Assembly (NCBI RefSeq): GCF_009914755.1
Contig: NC_060937.1
DNA from: the human T2T-CHM13v2.0 reference genome, Homo sapiens
Length of the DNA stretch: 64,000 bases
Strand: one strand, 5' to 3'
The translations under genes and the position numbers were made by a program. Position 1 is the stretch's first letter, and each line of letters starts with the position of its first letter. Under the pieces are notes generated by a model. It did no database searches, was not told where the DNA came from, and saw only the letters and a list, made by a program, of their open reading frames with translations. This document shows positions 15,619 to 28,897 of the stretch, piece after piece.

Positions 15619-15970
15619 AATGAGAACAACTAGTGAGTTTTCACTCATTTTGTTCAGATTTCCTAAGGAATGGTTTTATGGGGGTGCCATCATCAATCTC
15701 AAATTAATTTCTAAAATTCATTTTTTGGCCTAACTTCTTGTTGTAAACAATTCCTCTCTCTTTTTTATTGTCAAACCCAAGGGTTTAAACCCAGTAGGCA
15801 TGTCTGGCAAGAAGCCACTCTTGGTGTCTGATGTCAAGTGGCAGCAGCACAGAGGTGTGGCGGTGGAGAGTTCTAGGGAGATCCATGGCTGGGGGCAGGA
15901 AGGTAGTGTGGGAGTGGGGTTGGGGGAAGGGCCTGTATGTAAGCAGAGGAGGAGCTAAGTCCCAGCACGG

Positions 15971-16000
<30 letters not shown>
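15971..16000 (+). repeat. (CCAGAG)5 hexanucleotide microsatellite
   Basis: Five perfect units followed by CCACAG. Confidence 0.95.
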
Positions 16001-16001
<1 letters not shown>

Positions 16002-17829
16002 CACAGTCTGAAAAGAAGCCAACTCTGAGCCAGGGATGAAGGAAGATGAGGAACCCCAGGACCCAGAGATATGCCAAACCAGGAAATGGAAATGCAAAGA
16101 CAATACCTAAGCAGGGGCAGGACCTGGGGACAGAATGTGCCCAGATGCATGGGGAGGAGCTGACACAGTTCTCTAGAGCTGAGCGAAATCCAAGAAAGGC
16201 AATGGGAATCTTTCACCGGCATCTACCACGTAACCAGCACTTTCAGGTGATCTGCTTGTCAGTTTTCTCCCAACTTCACAGTAATCTGGAGAGTACATAC
16301 TATTATTTTCATTGCAGCAAAATACATAGTAGATCTTGGCTACTTCCTCACAGTAGCCAGTAACATAAAACAGTGCATATCACTAGCTTAAAAGATAATG
16401 AGAAGAAATCCAATAACACTCAGAATCCATTCATCAGTAAAACTCTAAAAGTGTATTAAAGACAAATTTATTAATGGCCACCATAAACACTATATACTTA
16501 GCCCAAGAGTTACCATTACATTTAGTAGAAAAGTTGAAAGTGACAAGACTGAGGGGTCCAGGCTACCTTGTTACTTATCTTAGTGGGATGTGTAGCAGAA
16601 ATAGAGAAAGTATAGAGAAAGGAAAAAATAAAAGAGGCAAATATAGAAAAGTAAGATTTCTTTTTATGATAGATGAAACTGTCTACTTAGAGAACTCAAG
16701 AATGGTAGCCAAGAAGTATTAATGGTAATTAAAAGGCAGAAAAAAAAATCCACAGAAAACCTGTTACCTCTACATATGGTGTTGCTACTTTTCAGTTACT
16801 GCACAGAATTCCATGTATGGGCCATCATACCAAACAAATTAAACTGTAGTGGAAATACTAGGCCAGATATACTCAAGATATGGTCAGGTCAGTTTTCAAA
16901 TCAGTCGACATGATCAGTCCATTGGTTGACTTACTCATTCATTGACTCACTCTTTAATGATTGTTCATAAATAAAAACAAAGGCACTGCATTGGGGGGTA
17001 TGGTGAGACAGCTTCTAGGGTCTCCATGCTTTTGAAATGTCCAATCTATTGGAGGAGCCAGCTGTTAAACATGTGGCTGACATGAGGGCTGGTAAGTGCT
17101 AGGATGGGGGAGGCACAGGAAGGATGCTGCCATTGACCTGTCCTGGCACAGACTAGGTTTCAGAGATAATTTTTGTGTCATACAAGAAAAATAGTTTTGT
17201 TAGTTTAGAGGGCTACCTCATTTTAAAATACAAAATTAACCAACGAGCCAACCAAAAAAGTATCCAATGCCCTGTAGTTACTTGTTAGCTTTGCACAGAA
17301 ATGACATTGTAAACCTTGAGTTTCATTCACCTGACTGGGCTTCTGCTGACATTTGGATCTTTTAATCTTTAAACCTTTAACCTTTTTAAACCTTTGGACA
17401 AAGGTTTGTCATCACTGAGAATACATGAGGTATCTTAAGTTATGAATGTGCTCCCTTAAGAGGGGCAACAATGCTCTGAGCAAGACAGCATCATTACCAT
17501 AAATGTCAAACACCCCAAAGGGACTACTATAAAGGGGACAAAACTCTCTGAGATGAATCAGTACGGGATTTAAAAATGAATTCTCCTTACTTACATATCA
17601 TCCCTTTTATGGCAGATCACCCTGGTTTTGCAGAGCTCTTAGTTAACCAGAATTTAGTGCTTATCTGCGCTACTGCTTTCCCTTAAACACTGAACAATAA
17701 TAACTTTTCTAAAATGCTCATGTTAGGCATGGCAATTAGGATCAGATGAACTGGATTTGGGTCTCAGTCCAGCCTCAGGTTGTAACATGAAGACAGTCAT
17801 TTAATTTCTTTAAGCCTCCAGTTTTCTCC

Positions 17830-18170
17830 AAAACATTTTATGAAAATATTCAAACAAACGGCAAAGCTTAAAGACTTTTACAGTGAACACCCATAATCCC
17901 ACCATTTAAACTTAATCATTAACATTTTCTTTATCACATATCTATTCATGTATCTATCACTCTATCCATCCACTGATCCACTTACATTTTTGATGGATTT
18001 CAAAGTAAATTTGCAGATATTAGTATACTTCCCCTAAATACTTCAGCATATATAGCATTAACTAGAGTTGAATATTTGCTTACCATTTTTTATTTTGATG
18101 GAAAATGTGCATATTTAAAATGCATAGATCTTAAGTGTGTTTTTGCTGAGCTTTGTCAAATTGCTAAGTT
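17830..18170 (-). mobile_element. Old L1M (L1MC/ME) 3' fragment, apparently splitting a MIR (~17730-17830 and ~18170-18290)
   Basis: TTTTATGAAAATATTCAAACA...TACAGTGAACACCCATA..CCCACCA antisense L1M 3' signature, with MIR-like sequence on both sides. Confidence 0.55.
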
Positions 18171-19117
18171 CCAGAGTTGAGCCTCCTCCTTTTTTTTGTT
18201 ATAAAATGGAGTTAAGAGCACTCATCTCAAAGAGTTGTGAGGCTAACGTATAACAGCCAATGTGAAAAGAGATTTGTAACTTATAAAGTAAGGTAAATGT
18301 GAGGTGCCATTTTTCTAATTGTAATTAATATTCTCATCTCTTTGATGAGTATTGCTATTAGATACGAAGCAAACTCTAAGAAGATGACAATTTCATTTAG
18401 ACCTGTAACCTTAATGACTACACAAGCTATCACTGCCCTAGTGTTAATTGTTAAGCAGTTTGCACACAAATGATTTCACATGATTATGACACCATTGCTT
18501 GTGTGACATCTGTTCTGGACATCTGGGAAGCTCTGCGCTGTGTCTGGAATATGTATGACAAAGTGGTGATGGCAACATTCTCTCCCCTTAATTCAATTAA
18601 CACGGTTGTGTTGCGTTTTCCAAGCTGTCTGTGTGGCCTCAGAGGCTTTACATCCATCTTGTAGTCCAATCACAATTCATGAATGTTTAACAAAACCAGA
18701 GGACTGTGGGTCAGAGCAGGTAACTGGATTTCTGTTTTTCTTTAACAAGACCACCCACAGCAATGAAGTTTCAAATGTGGACATTGGACCACTTAATGAT
18801 TATATTTGGATGCTAGGGTATCCTCATTAGTAATATGTTAATAACTTAGTTATGATGTAATTTGGTTAATAAAATGATATTGTGGAGCAGATGGGGCAGG
18901 ACTTGTCCGGAATTTTGCCTGCCTGAAAATTTTGGGCAGGTGTTGGAAGTTGGTCATGAGATTCAGGACCTGGAGAAAGTCCTGTTTAGCAGGTGTGGAC
19001 AGGGCATGGTTGCAGAGGTAGTTCAAGCAAGTTGCCAGCATCAGAGAATAATTCCACAAGGAATAACAGAAGTATAACTACAAGTGCATGGTAACAGGGA
19101 CTCTAGGGGTCATAACC

Positions 19118-19320
19118 TGTGAAGGGATCTGAGATCTTGCCCTTCTTGCAAGCTCACAAGTCAGACTGCCAGTTTCTTGGAGGCTGGCAGAAGACATAAG
19201 AATCCTGGGTCAGAGACAAAGTACTTTCTTATGACACAGCAAGCAGCATGAATTTCAGGTTTGCATTGGTTCCCCTTGATTCCCTAAGCCTCATGGGAAC
19301 AAAGCAGTAAAAGAGAAGGA
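19118..19320 (-). mobile_element. ERVL LTR fragment (MER54/MER74-like)
   Basis: TGTGAAGGGATCTGAGAT..CTTGCAAGCT.ACAAGT...GGCAGAAGACA..CCTGGGTCAGAGACAAAG. Confidence 0.55.
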
Positions 19321-19469
19321 GATCCACTCTTTAATGGCATATTTGAGCTACTAATTTGAAAACCTAGGGAATGCTCAATCTATGAATATTTTGTAATGCA
19401 AGATAATAAATATCCTCATTATTTAAACCTTTTGAATTGAGTGTCCTATAAGTTGAAGCCAAAATCCAC

Positions 19470-20220
19470 CTGACACAGTTAGACTAGTTAGATCATCATT
19501 GCAATAGTCACAGTGTGAGATGGTGATGGCAGTGGAAAGAAAAAGAATAGAAGTCAGACATTTTTATTTGACTGCATTTTGGAGGAGAAATTAATATTTG
19601 CTATTGAATTGGATCTGGGAGTTGTTAAGGAAGAATCCAGCATGACATCTAGGTGTCTGGCTTAAACAACCTGGTGAATAATGATGCCCTTTACTGAGAT
19701 AGGAAAAGCTGGAAAGAAACAGTTTTGAGGGGATGGGAAGTTAGGGTGCTAATGTGAACACCTAGCTGGAGATGTTAAGTAAGTCTTATAGCTGGAACTC
19801 AGAGGAAAGACCTGGGTTGGAGTTGTTATATATAAATGGCATCTAAAGGTATTTATAATCTTTATTGGTTTATAACAGTATTTAAAGCCACGTCTTAGAA
19901 TAGAGCCTAGGACAACGTACCAACGAATTTCAACATTTAAGATTTGGGTAGAAAGTGATGAGTTATTAAAAAGACAAAGAATGAGACCAGGTAGTGGAGA
20001 GGAGGGAAAGGGAAGGGAGGGGAGGGAAAGCTCTAGGTAGAAGGAGAACCAGAAGAGTGTTGTCATAGAAGCTAGGAGAGAGTGGTAAGCCAATGCTTCT
20101 GATGAGCTGAAGACAGAAAACCCTCTATTGACTTTCGTAACATGAAAATCACTGATGACTTTGCAAGAGTAGTTTCGCTGGGCTGGTCAGGACAGTTGCT
20201 GGATTTGAATGACTTGAGAA
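19470..20220 (-). mobile_element. LINE-2 fragment
   Basis: L2 motifs such as AGGTGTCTGGCTTAAACAACCTGG...GCCCTTTACTGAGATAGGAAAAGCTGG. Confidence 0.7.
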
Positions 20221-22639
20221 GAAAACAGCTAACAAAAGTTGCTCAAGAATGAGATGATTATATTTATTCTGTCTGCATGTATTTTAATTTTTTGACCAGG
20301 TGGGGAGAAAGAGTTTCCCTCCATGATAACACCTGGGGATCTCCCTTGAAGGTAGGTCAACTTTCTGCTCTTTCCAGGTAAAAAGAGAGTGATTTGCTGG
20401 GATATTTAATAAGGATCCCTAACTACCTCCACCAAAGGCATAGCTCCACAGTTTCTTGGGAGAATAAATTTAGGTTTGAGCCATTGATGGATTGTTATTT
20501 TTTGGCATCTTTCTATCCTATACTTAATTCCTTTCTTTTTTTTTTTTTTGGAATGCTTATATTCTTTATTTCAAATATATCCTTTTTCTCAGATTACACA
20601 TGTGATCAATCTTTCTCATGGCTTTCATTGACACTGCTTGTTTTCAAATTCTCATCCTCTTCTCTCCTTTCTATCACAGTTAGTTCCTCAGAAGAGAAGT
20701 CGACATAAACTGCTTACATTTTCTACACCATAATCCTTTGTCAAACCAGGGAAATAGATTTTGTCCTCATTACTCCATGGAAACTTTCTTTCCAAAGGTT
20801 GACAATCAAAACAAGGATACCAAATGCAATGGCATTTTCTCAATTCTCCTCTAACTTTTCTAGGGAACTTATTAACCTTGCCCCACTGCTTAAATTCTTT
20901 TCTCCTTTGTCTTCCTAGAACCTGTGTTTTTTGGACCAATTGTTACCTTTCTGACCATATTTTCTCTCTTTTTCTGATTGCTCTAAATGCCTGCATAAAA
21001 GCATTTTCCAGGTACCTTGCCTAGCCCCTTTTCTATGTTCTGCCTTTTTGTCATCTCATGTATCTTAGATGAACATATAATGTTCTTCATCATCCAATGC
21101 CAAATTTTCAAGATATTCCCTGCCTCAACTCTTCTAAGATGAGGTTCTGAAGGTGCTTCATCTTCCACTGGTTCAGGACTGTACATTGGTTCTAATACTG
21201 ACAAAATCTCTTGAGATCCTCATTTCAGGAGCAAGTGAAGCCTAGATTTACTTTTAATCTGTGCTTAACCATTCCTATTATGTCTAGGGTATACTTACCG
21301 AATGCATTCACACCATTTTCTACCATATCTGTCCAATCTTGTGACCAGAAACCCTGGGAATAGCTCCTGGCGGTCCATTCTAGGAGATCCTAGTTCTGGC
21401 TACTTCTCCTTCCCCCTTCGTTCCTCAAGGGATGGAAATTGCTTCTTACTGTCCCCATCAACCCCCACCCCCACCCCCAGTACCTACTGGTTGCTTTTCG
21501 CTTTTTCAGCATTTTCATATCAGTGGAACCAATTTCCTGAAGGTTCTGACTAGGCTCTGAATAATACATCCTGGCTCATATTACAATATATTACTGGAAT
21601 GAGAGGTCTTCCCTGAATCCCAGCCTGACTTGCTAGTTCTTTAATAGTCTATCTAATTCTAGCTATCCCACAATCTGGAAAAGATGGGCCATTTTCCTAC
21701 ACCTAAGTAATTGGTTGGGGTCTTGTTTCAACCTATGTCATTCCATTCTGGAAAAATAAAACTGCTTGCTATCCATTTGACTTTGAGGCTCATCGCTTCC
21801 CAGAATATTCTATTTCTAAGTTTGCATTCACCAGATTTTGTTTATTGAATTCATTATCAGTCCAGACTGGATCCAAGTTCACTACTCTCCTTCACCACTC
21901 TAAATTGTCTAGGGACCACCTGCATTACAGTGTTACCATTGTCAATTCCTCTTTGTTATACATACTTTGCTACTCCGCATGACCCACCATTAACATACGT
22001 TAGTATGTGTGTCCCAGGAACACTCTGCTCAGGGAGATCAAAACTAACTTCAGACCATCTCTACTCTTAAAAATGAGGATCCTAAAGGATTTGATTAGAG
22101 TGAGAACAACCAACCAGGTCTGAATCAGCAAGTATTTGCTTCAGAACCTGAGCTTGGAAGAGTGAAGGCAGGACATTTTGAAAAGTTCGCTCAGGATTCC
22201 TTACAGCTAAGTTCGTAAAAATTAAAATGAAAAAAGGGCTCCTTATTTCCCATGAGCAGAACTTTTCAAGTGGCCTCTTCCCATCTGAACAACTCCAGAG
22301 AGAATAACCTCTCCCAGTGTGTTGATACAAGAGGCCTGAGGGTTCCTTTTGACCTGTAGACTCCTAAGGGACTGCAGAGAGAGTTGAATTCAAGAGACAG
22401 TCGTGACAGAATGCAAAGAATTAATAGAGATGGTAATCACCTGACCATACAATCCAGTGATTAAGGAGGAGTTCTTTAGAAAACTGAAATGGATGGAATT
22501 GTTCTTAGAGTTAGGTGATCCTAAAAAACATTTGACTTGTGAAGTGAATGCTGAGAGAAATTCCATAAGAAAGAAAAGCAAGCAGATAGTGTGACAAGAA
22601 GGAAAATGAGTCCAGCAAAAAGGAGCTCACCCATACACA

Positions 22640-23130
22640 GGTATTTAGTTTTCTGTATCAAGCATTGTGTAAGAAGCTAAGGATACAGTGGTAAGCTAGA
22701 GATACAGTATTGAACAAGCGGAAGAAAAGACTGTTAAGTGGAAGACAGATAAATGTGTATGAAACCAAATAAAGTATGGGAGGTGGTATGGCAGAGGAAG
22801 GGGCAAGTTGCTCAGAGAACATCTAGGCAGGGGAACTAAACTAGACACACTTCCCGAGAAGGAGATGAGTAAGTTAAAGGCCAGAAGAAATTAACCACAT
22901 GAAATGTGAGGAAGTCATGATCCAGGACACAGGAAATTTACAGGGCACTTGGAAGGAGGAATTCAATAGAGCTGGAGAGTAGCGTGTGAAAAGGAGGTTG
23001 GCAAGTGGGAAGAAATGGGATTAGAGAAGTAGACGGGGACGGATGATGGAGGGCTCTCTGAGCTGTGTCAAGATGTTTGGGCCTTATCTTAAGGCAATGG
23101 TAGCCATTTAATAATTTTGGACAGGGAAGT
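22640..23130 (-). mobile_element. LINE-2 3' fragment
   Basis: CAAGCATTGTG..AAGCTAAGGATACAGTGGTAAG...TTATCTTAAGGCAATGGTAGCCAT. Confidence 0.6.
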
Positions 23131-24114
23131 ACTCCAGGTACTAAATATAACAAAGTCCTTCCCCCAGATTTTCACCTAGGTATGCTTAATGGCAGAAGCT
23201 AGTGAACAGTTACCTGGAACATTGTTTGACATATTTAACTTTATGAAGTGGAATTTCTTGGTATCTTCGGTTTCATATTCAAAAACATTATGAGCATTTA
23301 GCATAATATATCTGTTTATTTTAGGATAAAATAGTTTAGAACATATACCTTTGATAAAATTGATGTATGTTAAATACAGAGCAAGCAGATACTGAGGCTC
23401 CAGGTGCCCCAGTCACATTGCCTTTTACTCTTGAAGTTGCAGAACTAGGAGTAAGAGTTTAAATGAGAATTGTGTTTTCCTGACTGAACCTAGACAGAGA
23501 GGAGAGGTGTTTTCCACTTAGAAAAAGACAAAATGCACTGGACATCTACAGAAATGCAAAAAGAGAGAGAGATACATGAAAGATAAAAGACAAATAGTTG
23601 CAGACTAGAAGCAATAAAGACAAAACGCCTTGAATATGGGAAGTGGAGAGGAAGTCTTAGCAGTCCCCGCAGCCAGCAAGCTTCTGGGGACAGTGTGACA
23701 AGTAAGGGAAGTTAGCCAGTCCAGCTAGCACCTTGGAGAAACCAAGGAACAAGGCACACAGAGCTCCCCTGGATGAGATGTTGCTTCTCATCTGGAGTAG
23801 CAAGATTATGCCAATTCCTATCCGGGGAAATTCTCTCACGTGAAGATTAAATAACATCAATATGTGTAAATATAGCTACATAAAACTATTATGTATACTT
23901 ATGTATAATTAACCCAGTGCTATTGTTATTTTTAAATTAACAGCTTTGTGTTGAAAACCCCATGCAAAATAATTTCTTTCGGACTTTAAGCACCAGAGCC
24001 CATGTGACCTCCACCCCAGTCACGATCTTCATAGCTAGGCAGGGTCAGTCCTTGATTTATTCTCCCAGGTTCCCAATTCCAGGTACCTCTTAGTTTTGAA
24101 CAATGCTGACAATC

Positions 24115-24345
24115 ATAAAAGCAGTTAATATTTATGAGCGCTTATTGTGTGCTGGCACTGTTCTGAATGCTTTACTTGATTACTTCATTCAACAACACTC
24201 ACAACGACCTTATTTTTATCCCTACTTATAGATGAAGAAAGAGGCACAGTGAAGTTAGGTGGCTAACTCAAGCCACACAGTGAAAGAAGGGGAGTCAGGA
24301 TTCTAGTGTAGGTGGCATTGGAGCCCATGGTTTTAATCATTCTGA
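24115..24345 (-). mobile_element. MIR SINE
   Basis: ATATTTATGAGCGCTTATTGTGTGCTGGCACTG...ATAGATGAAGAAAGAGGCACAG.GAAGTTAG. Confidence 0.8.
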
Positions 24346-24839
24346 TATGTATCCAGGTAACCAATTCATACAGAGCTGTGGTCAGAGCTCTCTCTTCACT
24401 AGAGAGGTCTAACATGTGTCTTTCAATGCTAATGCCCAGAGCTCCCTGGGAAGTGAGTTTGGAAGAGATCATGCTAACATGACCTATCTGGTTAGCATAA
24501 ATCTTCAATTGTCTAAGACTGAAATAAACGTTGGGGCTGGAAAGCTACTTTGGATGAAGGTTGCAGCAGTTTCTCTCTCTTACATAGAGGGTTTTCCAAC
24601 TACTTCTGATATAGTATAACTTGTTTTTCTGGAAACTCATAAACTCAGGTTAATTACCATTGTACATTATAAGCCCAGATGAGCTTATTTTAGACTCTTT
24701 ATCTGTAGCTTGGAATTCTATATATAGTAACATCCAAGTAAACGAGTTAACCATACTGTATATTTCCTTAGCCCATTCTACTTTCTACATTTCTTGAAAA
24801 TTATTTTGTATTTTGTTACTTTCCTCAAATGTTCATTAT

Positions 24840-25680
24840 CCCTTCCATCCTTCCTCTCACCTAATAACTTGCTTACTATTTAATTGAGAAAATTAAAGCA
24901 ATCAGAAGGAGGGTTCCATAAGTGCACCTATCATGTGTGACTGACTGCATATGAGACTGTACATTCTACTTTCTCTCCTTTTAAATGTGGATGTACTATC
25001 CTGTCTTCTCAACAACGTCAACCCCTGTATTTGCACATGAAAATGGAATTTCATTCCCTGGATTCTACTTAAAGATATTGCCCAGAAATTCTCTCTTGTC
25101 TTTCCTGAAGAGTCAGCTCCCCAACTCCACCTTTTGAATGATTCCCATCAGGTGTTATTTGTCCCATGTACTGTGCCATTTCTCTCCTACCGTTTACAGC
25201 AAAACTCTTTAATACAGTTGGTTACACTTGATGTCCCCGAATTCTCTCTGTCCATTCTCTCTCAAGCTCACTCTTGTCATGCTTTTGTTTTTGCCTCTCC
25301 ACTTAATGACCTCAATATTGCTAAATCCAGTAGTTAAAATTTAGTCATACTATTTAAACTATAATTGACATAATTGACTGCTCTTGCCTTCTGGAAACTA
25401 TTTCTTCATTTGACTTCTAAGATACCACACTCTTAGTTTCCTATCTCTTTGGTTTCTCTTTCTCAGTCTCCTTTGATGTTTCATTTAAACATCTGATCTC
25501 TAAACATTGGAATATCTTAAGGCTCAACCCTTGGACCTCTTCTCTTTCACACCTACAGGTCATCTAATTCAGTCTCTTCACTTTAAATTCCATCTTCATA
25601 CAGATAGCTCCAAGATCTATGGGTCCAACCCCTACTACTCTTCTGAATTAGACTCATATATCAAGTACCTACTCAAGGAA
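24840..25680 (+). mobile_element. LINE-2 fragment
   Basis: AATGACCTCAATATTGCTAAATCCAGT...CTTCTGGAAACT.TTTCTTCATTTGACTTC...CTTTAAATTCCATCT. Confidence 0.7.
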
Positions 25681-25766
25681 CAGGAATATCAGCTTCATCT
25701 GTGTTAGGCAAAAATGAGGAAAGGTAAGAATTGAAAAAGAGCACAGGAAGGATGCGTGTCAGACCC

Positions 25767-26670
25767 TGTTAGTTGCCAACTCAAAATTCATTCCCCAACC
25801 TGTTTCTTGGAAGAAGTACTCTGATTTTGTTCACATATCCATATTTCAGGAGAGAAATCACATACCTACTATCTTAGTCCATTTGTGTTGTATAAAGGAA
25901 TACCTGAGGTTGCATAATTTATAATGAAAAGAGGTTTATTTGGCTCATCGTTCTGCAGGCTGTACAAGAAGCATGTTGCCATCATCCACTTTTGGTAAGT
26001 AACTCAGGAAGCTTCCCATCATGGTGGAAGGCAAAGGGGAGTAGACGTTTCACATGGCAAGAGAGGGAACATGAGGATGCCACAAAGCCATTCATGAGGG
26101 ATCTACCCCCATGACCCAAGCACCTACCATCAGGCCCCACATTCAACACTGGGGATCAAATTTCAAGATGAGATTTGTAGGGGACAAATACCCAAAGTAT
26201 ATCACCTGCCTCAAGGGTAAATCTTGTATAATCTTAAGCAATGAAGTGGTACTTATGCTAATCATTTGTTATAGGAGACGTCATTTCTGTCTAATAAGAA
26301 TTGAAGAAAAATCTGATAGAAGGATTCTGAGAAAGGCTTCCTCACTGACAAAAAGAGAGGCACAGAAAAAGATGGACAACTTTCTTTTGATGGACGTTGA
26401 GGGCTCTGGATGAGACGCCTGGAGCTATTACAGCCAGCCAGCAATGCAGTGAGTGCTAGCCTGAGGACAAGCCCCATGCTGAGGACAGCCAAGAGGAATG
26501 ATAGGAGGAGAACAAGTGCCTGGTGATATCAGGAGCCTTTGAAATAGCTAACTCAGGAGCTGCTCTACAGCTAAACTTCCTGTTCTGAGGATACAAATTT
26601 CCCTTATTGTTTAATCCAGTTGAGTTGGGATGTTTTTGTTACTTGAAGCTTAACCATTAAAACTAACAAT
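25767..26670 (+). mobile_element. MLT1 (J/K-like) MaLR LTR interrupted by an MST LTR
   Basis: TGTTAGTTGCC..TCAAAATTCATTCCCC start and TTTGTTACTTGAAGC end. Confidence 0.6.
25870..26204 (-). mobile_element. MST (MSTB-like) MaLR LTR nested in MLT1
   Basis: TATCTTAGTCCATTTGTGTTG.ATAAAGGAATACCTGAGG...GGGGACAAATACCCAAAGTATATCA, with 5-bp TSD CCTAC/CCTGC. Confidence 0.85.
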
Positions 26671-26949
26671 AGTGTGGAAGTTTTCAGGGAGGTAAATCTG
26701 AATATACTTATTCAGGTTTAACTGGAATAGTCAAGGTCACAGATTCTCTACTCATTTTTTGTTCTGCTCACCTGTTCTTTTTATCTCAGCTGCCACTGAA
26801 CAATTGACTGTTAGATTACCTGCTGATTTCCCCAGTTGAATGCCCATTGCATTGAACATCCTCTTTCTCCATTCAGCTGAAAGGCAAGATTGGAATTTTT
26901 CCAAAGAAATTTTATAGAATAAGAATGTTAAAAAAAAATAGGAATTTTC

Positions 26950-27062
26950 CTCTTCCTTCCCCCCTCCTACTCTTCCTCTTCCTCCTCCTCCTCCTTTTCC
27001 TCCTCCTCCTTATCTTCCTTCCTGTCCTTCTCTTTCTCCTACTTCTCCTTATTCTTTTTCTT
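26950..27062 (+). repeat. CT-rich / (CCT)n low-complexity tract
   Basis: Near-pure polypyrimidine run with CCT repeats. Confidence 0.9.
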
Positions 27063-27294
27063 TCATCGTCATTGTTAATTTAAGAGCACACATGAGACTG
27101 GTACAGATTTTGGGCACTCATTTCAGTGTGTTTTCCTTACTAACGCTCTCTGTGGAATGGAAAAGAGATGCTAAACAACTTCCAACCAAGGACAGCTTTT
27201 GACTGTGACACTCCAACATAGTGAATCAATCTTTCATCTCTTTCAGCCTTCGTCAGAATAAGTTTTTCTTTTAAAGCAACCTTGTGTTCTTGAG

Positions 27295-27900
27295 TCATTT
27301 ATTTGCTCACTTATTCAATAAATATTTGTTGAGCACCTACAAGCAAGCCTTTGCTCTAGTTAAGAAGGAAACAGTGTTGAACATGACAGAAGGTGCCCCT
27401 GCTTTCAAGGAGTGTACATTCTAGCAGGAAGGGTGTGGGGGTAAGGTTACAAACAATAAAAGGAAACAAACAACCAAGGTAATTTCTGAAGGAAATAAAC
27501 AAGGTGGCACGGCAAAAGATGATGTGGAAGGAGTGAGGGGCTACTTTAGGTAGAGTGGTCACATCAGGGTTTTCTAAGAGGACTTTGGAGCTCACATATA
27601 AAGGATGAGAAGGAGCCAGCTATGCAAAGCCAGGGAAGGCTGATGCAGGCAGAGAAAGCACAGTGCAGGGGTTCTGAAGTCAGAATGAGCTGGGCTTATT
27701 GGAGTGGCAGAAAGAAAGCCAGTAGGGCTTGGATATAGTGAGGGAAGGACCAACAAGGTATACAGGGGTAGATCATGATGGCCTGTGACTGTGGGAAAAT
27801 AATGATTTAACAACAGGGCTGTGGGAAGCCATTGCAAGGTTTAAGCAGGGAGTTATTTAATCTGATTTATATATTTTTAAGGTTCCCACTGACTACTCTG
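27295..27900 (-). mobile_element. LINE-2 3' end
   Basis: CACTTATTCAATAAATATTTGTTGAGCACCTAC...GGGAAGCCATTGCAAGGTTTAAGCAGG. Confidence 0.8.
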
Positions 27901-27909
27901 TGGAAAGCA

Positions 27910-28150
27910 CATCAATCTCTGCAGTTGTGGTCACATTGCCTTCTCCTCTTCTGTGGTATCATCTTCCTCCACCTCCTTCCTATAAGGAAACTTGTGATTG
28001 CATTTAGGGTCCACCGAGTCAAATTGCTCCATTTCAAAATCCTTAATCATACCTGCAAAGTCTTGTCTTTTGTCATACCAGGTTACATTAACAAGTTCTA
28101 GGGATTAGGATGTAAATATCTTTTGAGGAGGCATTATTCAGCCTACCAAA
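27910..28150 (-). mobile_element. MLT1 LTR 5' fragment
   Basis: GGGATTAGGATGTAAATATCTTTTGAGGAGGCATTATTCAGCCTACCA end. Confidence 0.65.
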
Positions 28151-28169
28151 ATGTGTATATACTGAGAAA

Positions 28170-28190
28170 GAGAGAGAGAGAGAGAGAGAG
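28170..28190 (+). repeat. (GA)n microsatellite
   Basis: Uninterrupted GA run. Confidence 0.9.
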
Positions 28191-28210
28191 TTCCTGGCTT
28201 CCTAGAGTAA

Positions 28211-28555
<345 letters not shown>

Positions 28556-28749
28556 TTAGATAATTGTCTTTATGGATGACCCTTACAGATGTATTCTTTT
28601 ACCCGTCATGTGACTCTGTGAGCCTCAAAGCTCTTTCCTGGTCTTTTATTCCATCTTGTTTAGTTTTCTTGTAAATATTTTCTGTCTGAGTAAGGCTCAT
28701 TATCTAATCAGTTAAACCATTCTGTATTTTACTGAGCTCTTATCTGCCA

Positions 28750-28897
28750 GGTATATTGTCTATCGTGTCACTAGAATCTATGCTTCATGAAGCAAGGGCT
28801 TTTTCTATTATGTTCACTATCACAATCCAGTGCCTAGAACAGTCCCTGGCACACAGCAGATACTTAATGAATATTGATTGACTGGATGAATGAATAA
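28750..28897 (+). mobile_element. LINE-2 3' terminus
   Basis: CCAGTGCCTAGAACAGTCCCTGGCACACAGCAGATACTTAATGAATATTG..GATGAATGAAT. Confidence 0.75.

Noticed and set aside
15085-15733. Three overlapping + strand ORFs of 132-153 aa
   Set aside because: They are the antisense shadow of the GC-rich AZU1 pseudogene on the minus strand.
15785-16222. ORFs with LWLWLW / QSQSQS / ALALAL repeats
   Set aside because: Translations of the (CCAGAG)5 microsatellite.
18380-18850. Repeat-free, TAAT-rich stretches (also ~39.1-39.8, 45.9-46.4 and 57.0-57.5 kb) as conserved non-coding elements
   Set aside because: Conservation cannot be assessed from a single sequence, and the motifs are too short to be informative.
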